In this document: positions 1 to 13,954 of the stretch, one piece after another
How the letters are laid out: each line of letters starts with the position of its first letter
Position numbering within the stretch: position 1 is the first letter of the stretch
Assembly: GCA_013239625.1 (NCBI GenBank)
Contig: MU054132.1
Span: 434,001 to 498,000, forward strand
Source of the DNA: Lama guanicoe
Taxonomy: Eukaryota
Direction: 5' to 3'
DNA length: 64,000 nt
Notes under the pieces: generated by a model
What the model was told of the DNA's origin: nothing
What the model saw: the letters and a program-made list of their open reading frames with translations, nothing else
Databases searched by the model: none
Made by a program: the position numbers and the translations under genes

Positions 1-44
1 GAAGGCAGCCTAATGTTACAAATAGCACAGCCACCAAACCTTAC

Positions 45-125
45 CTCTTTTCTGAATACTTCTTTGCTCTTCTTAGCTAGCTCACTGGAGGTGTCTGCTT
101 CTGCTGTCTTAGGCTTTTTTGAAGT
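45..125 (-). CDS. SETD2: SETD2 coding exon (exon 19 equivalent, 81 nt); start of SRI (Set2-Rpb1 interacting) domain
   Basis: catttctag|ACT TCA AAA AAG = TSKKPKTAEADTSSELAKKSKEVFRKE; donor GAG|gtaagg. The remaining exons lie beyond the left edge of the window. Confidence 0.96.
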
Positions 126-1459
126 CTAGAAATGGAAAAGAAAACACAACAGTGTGGGCATGAGAGATCAGCTTAGTGATGCCCTGTTCTTCCAGAACCT
201 TCCTTTTTTTTCCCCCAGGTGAGATACCTGACTCTTGGTATTAGGATCCTAAAGGGACACGGCCTGGAGTCAGCTTAGCTGCTGTTACCACTCTCACCTC
301 ATGTTTAAATCCTGTCATCTGGCTCTGGCCTCGTTCCTATAAACCAAGTTCTAATTCTCTACCCTAAGTCTAAGCTACATCTCTGATGTAGCTAAACATC
401 TGTTTCAGGGTGACTTTCTCTGCAGAGGAAATGTGCTCTGTGACTTGGACACTCAGGCCCCTGTTCTGAGCTGCAGTGTCAAGGGAGGCCCTGGTTTGAT
501 GAACTCCACCTCTCCCATCTCTGACATTCTAGGATTCCAGGACAAAGACAAAATGCTCTGTTCTGAACACCTTTTGCCACACAACTGAAAGGTCCAACCA
601 CATCATGGTCCTCATTCAAGTCACTCCACACCCCTTGGATACTCATCACTTTTCCTCCAAAGGCAGAGCTGGCCAGACTGTAGGAGACAGTCTCAGCATG
701 CAGGAGATGCTCCTTGGAGGTTGGTATCCTCAGTTCAGGAATGGAAAGACTAAAAAGGCATCTAAGTATCTGAGGGGGACACGAGGGTCATCCAAGTCAG
801 TGACTAGGTGAGTAGGATCTACAACAGAAGATACTCTGTCCCAAGATGGTAAGATGATGACAAACCTAGGAATATTCCCTTCCAGCAGTGCTGGGGGGAG
901 GGGGGAGACTGCCAAGTTCCCCACAACCAGGCACTGCTGAGAGGTGAGAGCACTTGCCATGCAAAGTCATCTCCCCATACGTTTGCTCACCACCAGCCAT
1001 CAAGCCTTTTCCTAGTAAATGTACCTTTTCGTGGAAAAGATTATGCGTATCCCCTCTGTGAATACAAGTCACTTCAGATGGATGCAGAAGCTGCAGCTGG
1101 TATTATAGGTACTTCGTGTTTTTGCTAGCCGCTTAAAGCACAAAACTTTTTCTATTCCCAACCCACCCTCAGTTCTGATTCCTCTATTTCCATCAACAGT
1201 ATGAAGGTGCTGGTGATGAAGGAGCTGTTCAACTCCCTCTGCTCTGGATTGGCTCCAGAGAAAGGCGACACTCCCTTGGCTTTGGGCTTCTGTAAATCAG
1301 CTTTCTCTGATTTGTTGTAAGAGCTTTACATATTTTCCATTTTTCTACTTTCTGTGGCTACTGGGAACAGGAAAGGGAGGGCAGGGTAGAAAAAACAGAT
1401 TCTACCTCTGGTTTCAGGAAACAAAACACAAATAACTATTTTCAAATGTTTTGCTTTGG

Positions 1460-1738
1460 CCCCTTCCCCAGGGTAGTTGGAATGGTCCTCCCACTTGTTG
1501 GCATGTGAAGTTACCCAGCCCACAAAAACTGGCAACACCACTCCTCGTGGCCACCCCTCTCGCTCCCTCATCTTCAGGGACGGCCGGCACTGAAGTGGAT
1601 ATGGAGTCTGTATCTATTTTTACTCCAACCTGAGCACCCAACCCCCACACCTTGTGGCCTTTCTCTCGCCTTTTGAAACAGCCTACACTCTATGTAGTAG
1701 GTATCTCTCTAAATAAATCTACCTTTACTCAAAAAAAA
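1460..1738 (+). mobile_element. Polyadenylated retrocopy of an ERV-LTR-like 3' end, flanked by a TSD
   Basis: GTTTTGCTTTGG occurs at 1448-1459 and 1739-1750; AATAAA at 1712-1717; A8 tail at 1731-1738. Confidence 0.7.
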
Positions 1739-4700
1739 GTTTTGCTTTGGGATTTTGTGGTTATTTTTTCAAGGAGTGTAGAGTGTAGGTGTGTTTCACA
1801 GTAAGATCTCACTTAGCAAGGGATCAAGAATTGCCTGAATAAGCCAAGGTAATTTCAACACAATCTCAGCTGTTCTCCTGATCTCAAAAATGAGTTATCA
1901 ACAGCAACAAGTACAGAAGGCCCCTTGAGGTATGACAGCCCCCTCAAGGGTCTGGGTCACAAAGAGGAGGCCAGGCTTGCAGTGAGGATACTGTGTAAAC
2001 AGGAATGTTCTGCTTCCCTCTGAATGGGAGATGTATTCAAGAAGCTAAACAAATCCAGTGCACTTCTAATTTAATCTCTGACTTGGTGATGTCAGTAGGG
2101 CTTGAAAAATACAGTTTTAGAGCACAATCCACTGAGCTCTGTCTAGGAGCTTAACTGGTCCTTTTGCATGCTGTGCAGCTGGGATTAAGAAGGGAAATAC
2201 TCAAACAGAGGATGCCTAGACTTATATCATGGAAATCATAAACCAAAATGAAGTACTCTTGGGAGTACTGAAATTCATGTAGCTCTCGGCCTGTGATCTG
2301 CAAATGGCACAAGAAATACTTTCAGAAACTGGTTAACAGTTACTCAAGCCCAATGCCAAGCAACACGAGGAGCCAGAGTTGGAGCTGAGGATAGCACGTG
2401 ATGGACAATGACATGAAACACTTTGGGAACCTTCTCTGCCCCTGGCTCCAGAAAAGTTCCATTTGAAGTGTTAGCATTTCTAAGTATATAAACTTTTAAA
2501 ATCAAGTGCTATTAACTTTCCCAAATGCCTATGCCAATTAAAAATCCTCTAATACCAGAAAAGACATAAGGCTAGACCAACAGTCCCCAAAATATAATAG
2601 GCTACTTCATGGGGGTAGGGAACATCTATCTGTGCTGCAAGTGGTCTCTTGCTGAGATTCTAGGAATCTACCAGAGACGGGGGAAGAGTACTCTTGAGAT
2701 ATAAAACAGCAGTATGTTCCCCTAGGTCCTCAGCAAGAATGAGTTTGCCTTTTCTATATGTTGGCTCACACCAGGCATCAGTCAATGAGGGATTTTGTTG
2801 GAAACCTGTATGAGCAGTGGCCAGATGAGAGCACAGAGTGAAATGAGCAGGCAGAGTGCCTGGCAAAAAGCCAGAGCTTACTGCCTGGAGAAGCTCACCC
2901 TGCTGTCAGCCTTCATCTGAGACATCTCTGCAATCCCAAGGAATCTGGTCAGAATATGACTAAGTATGAGTATGAGAAGGAAGACCATGTACCTTCACAT
3001 TAAGGCTTCACTCCTTCTGGCTTTAAGTAGGGAATGGCTTTAAGCTAACTGGATGGCTCTGGTCACCATACACTCTGTAACTCAACAAATGCAAACTCTA
3101 TCCTTTATTATACATACAGAAAAGACCATGTCATAAAACCTGTGTGCCTTGTAACTTAGGAGTGTAGCCTAACTGAAATGGGTCCTGACAAAGAGCAGGA
3201 TGTACCCAGCTAATGCTTCTCTCCCCCTGAATTTAATTACTGGAACATGAAATGTAAAACATTATTTTAGGAGGAACTTTTATCTTTCAGGGCAGCCCAA
3301 ATCCAGAAACAGGGGTTGAGCTATCAGAAACACTATACACGTGATTCAGCCTAAATTCTACAACACACCAATTAATAAGTTAAGAAAGATCAATCTCTGA
3401 AAATAATAAAAACCCAGTATACTTTTTTGAAGTTGCTACTACGTTTGGTAGCAGGAAGAGCAAAATAATTTCAGTTTGGTTCTAGATCAGGCATTATATA
3501 CCATACCTTAGTCTGTCAAAGAGGCAGGGTGGGGGGGTGTGTTGTGGTGGGTCCAAGAAATGAGAGGACAGGAACAAAAAGATCTCTAAGGCACTTTCAG
3601 GAAGTAGTGTTTCAAAAGTCTGACTACATTATACAGAGGCTCCATGTGCTCCATTCAGAGAGAAGTGGAGTTCATAAAAACCTGGAAATAAGGTCCTTAA
3701 GAGGAACCAGCAGGCCTCATACTCTTATCCATTTGGCCTCAAGTGTAGTTTTAGCCCTAGCAGTTTCTGATCCCCCAGACGATGACCAGGCTACGTTATC
3801 AGGCAAGTTAACTATCTGCTCTGCAGAGATCTGGGCTCTGGTTTCTGATAATACCTTTTCAAATGCGATTTCCTAGTTCCCTCTCCATTGTTGGTAAGTG
3901 ATTTCATAAAGCATCTTTTTGCAAATTACCCCTAACTCCAAAGATGGGATCATAACTGAAAAGACTCTTGGCCCCTGATTCCACCCTCTCCAACTCCCTC
4001 AATCCAATAAATTATACTCTGTAACTACTGTTTTCACATAGTATAGTTAGGACACCTATTATACCTTATGACTGAATGTTAATGAAAAGCCAGAAGGCAG
4101 TAGTAAATAAACTGCTGTCTCTCAATCATGCTAGCAGTCAGTAATGATTTATGCCTGTGGTTCACAAAGCGAAGACATGACTTTACATCGACCACATGAT
4201 GGATGACGGAAGAGAGTACAAGATGACCAAAGGTAGGGAACAACACTGGAGGAAGAGAGAGGAGGGCTCTCACAGATGCTTAGTCTCCTCATCAAAAGCT
4301 TTTAATATCACCCACCCAGAACCACACAGTTCTCTCCAAATTACATACCTTCCCTATGTTGATACTATATATCCCTACGTTTCCAACAAGCACCTATTTA
4401 TTGAAGACTCAAACCTAGATATAACTGCCTACCAGCCATTCTATCCTGGATTCTGCAGGGAGCTCAAATTCCACAATGAACGTATTCCCAAACTTCCTCC
4501 TGATCTTTCCTTCATTCCTCAGATTGAATAATGGGACCTTATCTACCCAAGCTAAAAATGAGGATGGTGGACCACACTTGCCTCTTCCATATCAATTTGT
4601 TCACTTAGCCCCAAATGATGCCTTTCAGGAAACTTTGCATGAATCTTCAACACCTCCACTCTGAGTTCCTCATTTTGCCTAAACTATTATAATATTCTTC

Positions 4701-5799
4701 AATCTGATCTCCTTTCTACGAATCCTACCTTTACAAATGGGTCTGTTTCACTCAAGGGACACACATTTTATTGACCCCTTGCCTTAAAAGCTCATTCACT
4801 GGCTTTTATCATACAATAATCACATTGGTAGGACACCAAGATCTCAGACAATTTAAATCTGACCTACTTTTCCTATTTTTGTCTTGCTCACTACCCTGTA
4901 TGTACCCAAACTCTCACCATGACAAATTATTTTTACTGTTCGCTATATGATGCTCTGCCTTGTACTGACTTTATGCCTTTGCAAAAACTGCTTTATCTTC
5001 TCAGAATCCTCTTTCCTGCCTACCTTAGCTTTAGGTTAAAATCATGTTTTCTGTGACATATCACTGATGTATCTTCTCAGACCATTAATCACTGTGCTCC
5101 CATAGCATTTTGTACACACTCCTACTTCAGCAATTATCCCATTGTATTCTTGGTTTATAGATGTGGCTATTTCCTTAAACTGAACTTCCTGAAGACTAAT
5201 GCTCAGTTTTATTTCTCTTTCTATCTCTAAAAACTAATGCAAGGCCTGTGAATTAGTGAAAATTTGCAGTGGTACAGCCTGTATCTCCAAGGGGATTAAA
5301 ATCTAAATGAAAACCCAAAAGATAAAAAAAAAAATGGAGCAGAAGGAATAAACACGAATAAACACATACTCCACATGTATCCTTCTCCTGTCTTCTGATA
5401 TGCTAGCTAGGTGAATACAGTTGTAAACTGGTTAGGAACGTTAGATCCAAGTAAGTCCCTAGCTATCTGAGTCAAACTAGACCCTAATGACAGAGACTAT
5501 GGTCTAGAAAGAAATCTAAAGACTGATACTTTAAGCCTTTGCCTTGTGCATCAAGGCACAGCTGGCTGGAAGATCAAAACTCACTTGTTCCTTCATCTAC
5601 TGTCAAAGGGTTAATAATAGAACAGATGCGTTCATTTATATTTTCTCATTAGAAATACAAGAAAAGGTAAAGCTGACAAATCAGAGATAAAAGCCTAAGA
5701 AGCTAAGATACAGAGTGAATGAATATCCAGGTAGTATTTTACTGGAAGCATGTGACAGTTATGAGGTCTTTCCCTTAGGTATCTGTCGGTATAAAAATT

Positions 5800-6598
5800 C
5801 TCCCACAGAAACTTCACACACTCCTGGCAGAAATGTACAATGGGGCAGCAACTTTAGAAAAGTTTCACACTTCTTAAAAATTTAGATGTAGATTAGCCAT
5901 ATGACCTATCAATTCCACTCCTTGGTATCTAACCAAGGGAACTGAGAATGTATATCCAAAGACTTGTACACAATTGTTCATACCATTATTGTGACAGCCG
6001 AAGAATGGAAACAACCCAAATGTCCATCAATTAGTGACTGGATAACTAAAATGTGACACATCTATACAATGGGATATTATTCACTGCTAAAAAGAAACAA
6101 GCTATCAAGACATGAAAAGACATGGAGGAACCCTAACCATATATTGCCTAAGTGAATGAAGCCTATCTTAAAAGGCTACATACTATATATGAAATTCTGT
6201 GAAAGGCAAAACTGGAGACAGTAAAAAGATGAGTGGTTGTCATGGATGGGGATGGGGGAGATAAAAGGGAGGATAGAATGAATAGGGGGAGCACAAAGAG
6301 TTTTCAAAGCAGTGAAACTATTCTGTATACTACAATGGTAGATAAATGCCATTATACATTTGTCAAAACACCAAAAATTTACCACACCAAGAACCCTAAA
6401 GCAAACTACAGACTTTGATAATGATGTATCAATGTAGATTCACTGACTGCAAATAAGTGTATCACTCTGGCAGGTTGTTGACAGCGGAGGAGGATGTGCA
6501 TGTGTGGCCACAGGGGGAATATGGGAAACTGTACTTTCTGCTCAATTCTGATGTGAATCCAAAATTGCTCTAAAATATAAAATCTACTTTAAAAAAAA
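5800..6598 (+). mobile_element. Old L1 (L1MB/MC-like) ORF2 end and 3'UTR
   Basis: Typical L1 3' motifs: caattccactccttggtatcta, ggaaacaacccaaatgtccatcaa; A-rich end. Confidence 0.8.
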
Positions 6599-6599
6599 G

Positions 6600-7740
6600 T
6601 TATGATAAGGACCTTCTTCAGACAAACAAAAATGAGAGAACTCATCACCATCAGACCTGAAACACTCGAAATATTAAAGGAAACTTCAGACTAAAGGAAA
6701 TGATTCCAGATGAAAACTCAAATCTACACGAAATAATGAAAAGTGCTAGAAATGGTAAATATGTGGGTAAATATAAGACTATGCTCCAAGTTATAAAAAA
6801 ATCTCTTTAACACATAAACTGTTTAAAGCCAAAATTAATAATGTAGTCGAGGATTCATAACACATGAAAACAATAAAATGTATGACAAAAGCACAACGGA
6901 CAGGAGGGGGGCAAAATGTAAACAGGTTCTTACAATTGCAAATGAAGTGGTATATTACACAATGGTAGACTATAATAAAGTAAATACGCATATTGCAAAC
7001 CTTAAATAGAGGTTCTCAGGCTTTTAGGTCTCAGTATAACTTTGCACTCTTCAAATACTGAAAACCTCCAAAGAGCTTTTGTTCATATAAGCTTTTGTTC
7101 ATATCAAAATTTACCATATTAAGTCCAAACTGAAAAAAGTACTTTAAAACAGCATTAACAAACCCATTATTTTAGTATCAATAATTTTTTTTGTGGGAAA
7201 AAACCTTTATTTTCCAAAATTAAAGAAATTAAATAAGAGTAGCACAGGTTTACATTTTAGGAATCCCTCTAATGTCAGGCTTAACAGAAGACAGCTGGAG
7301 TCTCATTTCCTTCTGCCTTCAACCATGTCACATACCCCTCTGGAAAATTCCATGGCATACTTGTGAATAAATGAGAGTGACAAGGGAATATAGTGTTCTA
7401 GTATTATAAAAATAATTTTGACCTCATGGCTCCCTTGTAAGGGTTTTGGAATCCCCAGAGGTCCCCATACCATACTTTGATGCTCTAAGCATTCCCCAGA
7501 GCAACAAATAAACAAGTAAAACAAAAAGATATGGCTAATAAGTTAGTAGAAAAGATGAAATAGAATATTTGGGGGGAAATCTAAATTAATGCAAAATAAA
7601 GCAGGAAAATGAAAACAAAAGGCAGATGAAAAATTAGAAAACAAACAGTAAAAGAGTAGATCTTGCACCCAACTTTATTGACACATTTACTAAATGTCAA
7701 CAGATCAAATAAGTACCCCAAATGAAAGGCAGACACTGTT
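6600..7740 (+). mobile_element. Old L1M fragment (ORF1 end, inter-ORF, ORF2 start) interrupted by a DNA transposon
   Basis: ttcagacaaacaaaaatgagagaactcatcacc...aaatattaaaggaa resembles the L1 ORF1 C-terminus; A-rich L1-like sequence resumes after about 7495. Confidence 0.6.
7008..7490. mobile_element. hAT-Charlie family non-autonomous DNA transposon (MER119-like; subfamily uncertain)
   Basis: Ends gaggttctcaggcttttaggtctcag... and ...gaggtccccataccatactttga resemble Charlie-type termini. Confidence 0.6.
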
Positions 7741-10700
7741 AGAGTCATGGACAGTAAAAAGGTATGTTACAAAACCACCCATAAGGCATGAATTGCTTTG
7801 CATAGGTGCTTCAAGATTCCTCTATCTGCAGTCTCATTCTGAATTTTAGGATTTACAGACGTAAGCCGTGGACATAAGCACTGTAGAAATCAGTGAGTTA
7901 GCCATCTTTCTTTCCTAATAGATCATTCAAATATTTTATGAAGTATTTCTGTTTCAAAATGATAAGCGAAATAGACTTCTTTCTTTTGTTCTTGATAGGG
8001 GAAGAAACCAAAGCTAAAACTTATCTATTAACAACTTCTTGAATATTTACTTGTGAAGAGTTTCATATATAGTTTATTCTCCTCTGAGGAGATTTTGAAA
8101 ATTCTCCTAAGAAAACTCTCATAAATGGCAGAAAGTGCTCTTCACTAAGTAATGAAAACATTCCTCAAGTCAGGTAGTTCACACTATCATTGCCAACGCA
8201 GAGATTTCTGTTGAAGGTGCTGATCAGCCCTCTCCCAGCTTCCATGGGTCCATAGCACTTGGGTGGATTTCACAAATACCTTCTTTCACCTTCTATGATA
8301 ACTGACCAAAACAATGCCAAAATCTTGCTCACTATTCATACTTAAAGATCATCAAAACCGTATTTCGTAAGAGCTAAGGGGTGACTCAACTTCTGGCTAC
8401 AGAGAAACTAATCTCATCAATTCTGTATGTGAATCACTGACTGAAAATCAAGGCCCATTAACACAGGAGTCTCAGTACCTTCCTGTGACCAGGTTTACTG
8501 TTTGAGCAGTGAGAGCCCAGGTCACACTACTATCATCCCTTACCCTAACCAACAGCATAGTGCTTTACACAGGACTGCAACAATCACTGAGCTGCTCTTC
8601 TTAAAACAATTTCCAGATTTGACTCTTGTCTTGATTTACATAGAGAGAAGTAGAATCAAAGACTGTGAAAATCCTGATCCCATCAATTAAGCCACAGAAT
8701 TCAGCCAGATCTAAAGCCAATACTATTCCTGACTTCCAAGTTATACAAGCCAGTATGTCTCTTTTTATGTTTATGCTAGTTTAAGTTGGAATTTTTTTTA
8801 CCTTAAAAGCATTTGCAAATACAAAGGTATAATATTAAATGTGCCATAAATAATACAAGAAAGTGTTTTAAGTGAAGAATTAAGGGAGAAAAAGTTTAGA
8901 CAAAAGCAAATGGCCATAGAAAGATAATTTGTTTTCCTTTCTTCTGAATTGTATGGCAAGAATGTTTTGAACTGGTTACCAAAGGTGTCATTTACATAAT
9001 ATCAAGTGTTAAGTATTAAGTGTAAAACTTTCTCAAATTAATTTTTATCTTCTGCTCAGGTAGAAATGGTACAACCATTTCATAGACAGGTCAAACCTTA
9101 AGAAGTTCACTCAAGGAATTAAAGTTATAAGTCTTGCTTTGGTTTGATTATGATTCTGTTTTGGGAGAGAAAATATCATTACCTTTAACTATTTGTTCAC
9201 AATAGAAAACACACTGGCAGCTAAATTACTTTGTGTGCTCCCATTATTATTATTATTTGAACTCCAGAAAGAACTTACTTATGTATTTGTTATTATAGCA
9301 AAGAATAATAATGGAAAAGTTTCCCCCACTCTTCTCTGAAAACTGAATGAAAGCTGACACCATGGAATCTCCATTAGAAATTTTACTCTATAATCCCCCT
9401 GAGGCAGTTAACAGTAGTAGGAGGAATGTTTCCTATTTATAATTTCTCACTCTCCTTTACAAATGTACCAACAACCCTCCAACATACAAGAGCGTATCAA
9501 TATAATATATCAGAGTTATTTTTGAATTAAGCATTGGATTTAGTTCAGTGCTGTCCCATCCTAGGATATATTATATTTGCTTTTGCAGACCCCTGAATGG
9601 ACTCCTTGTTGTTTGCTGCTTAATATTCCTGAAGTAATTTGATGATAACTGAAACAAATGTCAGGAAGCTAGTCTTAAAGAGATGATAGAGAAAGGCTGC
9701 ACTATGTGACTGGTTTGAGAAAATTCTAGTTCTCTAACAGGTACACAGTACAGTTAAAGTCCCTCAGTCAAACAACTTTCTCCTTTAAGTGCAAAATGTG
9801 ACTTTTAAACTTTAGTTTGTCCTAGTAAAGCAACTGAAGCACAACTTGGGAAACATAATACATGCTCACCTATTAAACCGAAAGTTATAGTATATATTTT
9901 AAATATATTGTTCTTCCAGAAGCCTATTACCAGATTTCAAAAACAGGATTAAAAATACATAGGAATCTTTGTGGTCTGTTTAAATAGTGCTAATGAGTGG
10001 TATAGAAATCTGAAAATATTTGTCCCTTATAGTAAGCTGACATTGTAACAGGCACCAAGGAATAGTTTCTCATTAGACACTGTGGAAATCCCACTGTTTT
10101 AATTACTCCCAAGTGGAATTTCATCTTGGGACTCATCTCTTATTATTTTCACTACACAATGAAAACAAAAATTATCATTTTTAATTGGTGATTTACTCCC
10201 CAAAGTAGAGATTGTGTAAGAAAACACTTCTCTTTAGCCACAGAAAGCTATTTTTTTTTCTTCTGAAATTTCTCAAGCATAGTCAAGTTATAGTCACAAA
10301 ATTCTGACCGTTTATCCTGTCTCAAGTCTGGCCCTTCAGTTTCAAAGACTTTCACAACTTAAGCAAGCAGTAAGAACTTTCAATTTTACAATTCATGAAT
10401 GGGATAGATACATCCCTACACAGTCCACCTGTGGACTTTAAACCTAACTACTCTCAACTTTTAAATGTGATCAACCAAACCAACAGTTTCTTTGCCATCT
10501 ATTAACAACAAAAAATCAGCTCTAATCCTTACTTTGAATCCTTACACATTCACTTAATGCTCTTTCACTCCAGTTCCTTCCTTTCCTCTCCTACCTCTAT
10601 CCACTGATTTAACTAGCTAAGTATCTCTTCTTATTTTCAAAATAAAAAAAAACTACTATTCAGATCTAAGAAAACAGATATATTGTCTTTGACTTCACTC

Positions 10701-11232
10701 AAGACACTTCATGCGTGAAGACAGTGGGTCCTGCTCCAAGCGGAAAGGACTTAAAAAAAAAAATCTGTTAATTCAATCATGGACGCACACTGATTTGCAT
10801 GCCCCCTAATCCCAACTACTCCCTCTCTTTTGCCTTATTTGTTCAAAAGTAATATTCCCATAGTAAAGTATCTTGGTCTCAAATCTTTAAGAAAAAAAGG
10901 GAGCAGTTATACTCCTGTGGTGAGGTTTTACTGTAACCAGTTTTAACTTCTTTCCAGAACCATCAATCTCAAAATGGCAGGACATTAAACCACACTATCT
11001 AAGAAATAAGAAAGACTTCAGTTAAAGAGCCTAAAAATATTTAAAAAGAAGCATAGCATTAAGAATACAGTAATCCACAGGGAAAGAGCTATGATACATT
11101 AAAGGAAGTTACAGTGGAATATGAATACTACAATTTTTTTGTGTTTAAAATGTAAACAAACAAACAAACAAACAAAAAACCCAAAAAAACTCTATGTGTT
11201 TTCCATAAGGTCTGGAAGAATATACACCAAAA

Positions 11233-11443
11233 CAAGGTTTTGCAACTTTGCCACTATGGACATTTCGAGTCAGCACTTTGTTGTTGGGGGGCTGCCTGTG
11301 CATTGTAAAATGTTTAGCAGCTTCCCTGGCCTCTACCTATGAGAAGCCAGTAGCATTCTCTCAGTTGTAAAAACAAAAAAATCTCTATATATATCATCAG
11401 ATATCTCCTGAGGAGCCAAATTGCTCCTGGTTGAGAACTCCTG
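11233..11443 (+). mobile_element. MER20-like hAT DNA transposon
   Basis: gggggctgcctgtgcattgtaaaatgtttagcagc...cctggcctctacc...aaattgctcctggttgagaactcctg matches my recollection of the MER20 consensus. Confidence 0.8.
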
Positions 11444-11703
11444 CACTAAAAGGTGAACAGTGTTTATCTCCAAAGAGGAAAGTATGATGAAAGGGGACCA
11501 ACTGAATAGAAATTCAGGGCTTTTATTTTTTGTTCTGTTTAGTTTGGATGTCCTACCACCCCTAAGCACTTGTTACATGCCTAAATTCTCCAGAATAATA
11601 AATAAAATAAAATTCCAAGGCCATCTGGCTACTGGCCATACAAAATGACAGGATATAGACTCCCCAAATGATCAGGAAACATATCTGTTTAAGTCACACT
11701 CAC

Positions 11704-11815
11704 CTTCATGGGATTTTCATCATATGTTGGGGTTCCCAGGTCCATTTCAGCTTCATGCTCAAGGCTGGCATCATCTCCTGGGCTTTCCCAAGTAGGAGGA
11801 TCCCACTGAGTCTGC
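11704..11815 (-). CDS. SETD2: SETD2 coding exon (exon 18 equivalent, 112 nt); end of WW domain
   Basis: Inside ORF 11689..11871: (R)QTQWDPPTWESPGDDASLEHEAEMDLGTPTYDENPMK; acceptor ttttctag|G, donor AAG|gtgagt. Confidence 0.97.
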
Positions 11816-13551
11816 CTAGAAAAAGGTAAGAACAACCGTGCTGTTATGGCCAGAAAACAGAACGCTGGCATAGGTATTTCTGCTCATATACACATAAAAT
11901 ACAACATGAAGTGAGACACAGAACAAGACAAAAGACATAGACATTTTTGGTTATCTTTCCAGCAGCAATGATTCTATCCCAGAGATATAACTGTTTAGCC
12001 CACTGTATTTCTGTAACCAATGTTGTGGCAACATCTGCTGGGTGTCAAAGAAAACAGTAAAACTAAACATCCTGGTCTCTCACCTGGTTCTTACTGTCCT
12101 GAAACAGGATTCAGCAAAGCCTAAAAAAAGTCCATGGAGTAGGTACCAGCCTATGCCACCCCTCTGCAGGTGAAGAGATCGATCATGGTTGTAACCTAGC
12201 ATATACTTGGAGCAAAATAAAATAAAATAACAAACCACACTCCTCACAATCCTTGATCATATGAGAAAACTGTTTCTTGTTTTAGGAGCCTTCTTGTTTG
12301 TAGTTGTGCCCCTCTGGTTTGACGACTGACAGCATGGAAAAGAGACACAAGTTAAAAACTTGTGCCCTCTGCTAAAAATATTCTCAACTGACTACAAAAA
12401 AGTGTTCAATAATTTTTTTTTTTTAAAGCTAGATCTGTGAAGTAACAAGTGGAAGTAAGGAAATTCATACTCGGGAGTTGGAAGTCAGCTGTCACAGGGA
12501 ATGCTCTATCATTTAAAATGTCAAAGCCTCCAAGAAACTAGCAACATATCTGATAGGTCAACCTTGCCATTACACTCTTCTGCTTTCCTCCCACAGCAAT
12601 CTTCAGGCGGCAACATTAAAGGCATCTGATGCAAGTCAGTTTTGCAGATGTTTATGAAAACAGGCTTATCTCTGACTGATGGAACTAACTAAAAAATGGG
12701 CTCAAGATTTCTACTGTAATCAAAGAACCACAAGCAGCTGTGGGTTTTATTATGAGAAGTGAACAGAGAGGGACGTATTAAGCTCTTAGGTGCTGGCTAA
12801 GCAAAACCTACAAAAAAGGAAAAAGCACACACATAAATGAGAAATACAATCTTATTTATTCTTGGAAAAGTGATTAGAAAGCTTGCTATGGTATTGAAAA
12901 AACAAAATTCTGGTAAAATTTGCAGACATTGCTTTTTAAAAATCACTACGTTTTTAGCCATCATAACAAGGTCTTGTTCATGAAGGTATTTTTACTGAAA
13001 TAAGGAAGACATTTCTAAGTAGAATACATAAAGGGAAAACATCTGACTGCATGACAATTTTAATTTCTTTAAGTCACAAGACATTACAAACAAAAACATC
13101 TGCAATACTCTTGATAAAGAGATCTAACAGTGCTGACAGAAAATGGGTAGATGCCCCAAACAAGCAATTCACAAAAGACACAAATGGCCAACAATCTAAT
13201 GAAGACATTCCATCTCAACAATAAAAGGACTGAAAATGAAAATAAGATTTCTCACCTACTAGTCTTAAAAGAGTTAAAAAACCTACGTGAAGACAAAGGC
13301 ACTTTTGTATACCTTTTTGAGAGGTCTAAATTGGCATAATTTTTTAAAAAATGGTAAGCTGATAATAATTATCAATTTAAAATGTGTCTCTTTTGACTAA
13401 ATATTCCATTTCTAGGAATCTACCTAAAGAAGGTAGTAAGATTAGTATTAGTGTCTGTAAGGATGACTAGGTTTAGAGTTATATTTAAAATACTGAAAAT
13501 CCACCAATCAGGGTGGGCTTAAATAAAATTTGGTATAACCATACAAGAGAG

Positions 13552-13753
13552 CAGGGGTTGGGCAAACTTATTCTACAAAGGATCAGAGAGTAAATATATT
13601 TGACATTTTGGGCCAAATGGTCTCTTCCACAACTAGCCTACTCTGTCATTGGATTATAAAAGCAGCAATAAAGAATTCCTAAATAAATGGTGGTGGTTGT
13701 GTTCCCAAAATATTTTACTTACAAAAACAAGTGGCCCATAGGCATGACCCCTG
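13552..13753. mobile_element. MER58A-like hAT DNA transposon
   Basis: Terminal inverted repeats caggggttgggcaaac ... gacccctg; about 200 bp. Confidence 0.75.
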
Positions 13754-13954
13754 TAACAAATAAGCATTAAAAATAATGTACTTTTATATTAACTGATAAA
13801 GTTCTATAAATAGATTGGTACATAAAGTAGATGACAAAACATGCACCCCAATACACATACACAGAAAGCACACATAGTCACATAAAGCTATCTGCCTAAA
13901 AGATATTTTTGAAAAAATTCTAAGAAAAAGCTATATCAGGTTTTTAATATATAG

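Noticed and set aside
373..393. 9-bp hairpin agctacatc-tct-gatgtagct; similar short inverted repeats near 1922-1950 and 10422-10437
   Set aside because: Stems this short are expected by chance in 64 kb and have no supporting context.
3529..4664. Three plus-strand ORFs of 62-115 aa, considered as an antisense gene
   Set aside because: No recognisable domains, no consistent splice or promoter structure, and lengths compatible with chance.
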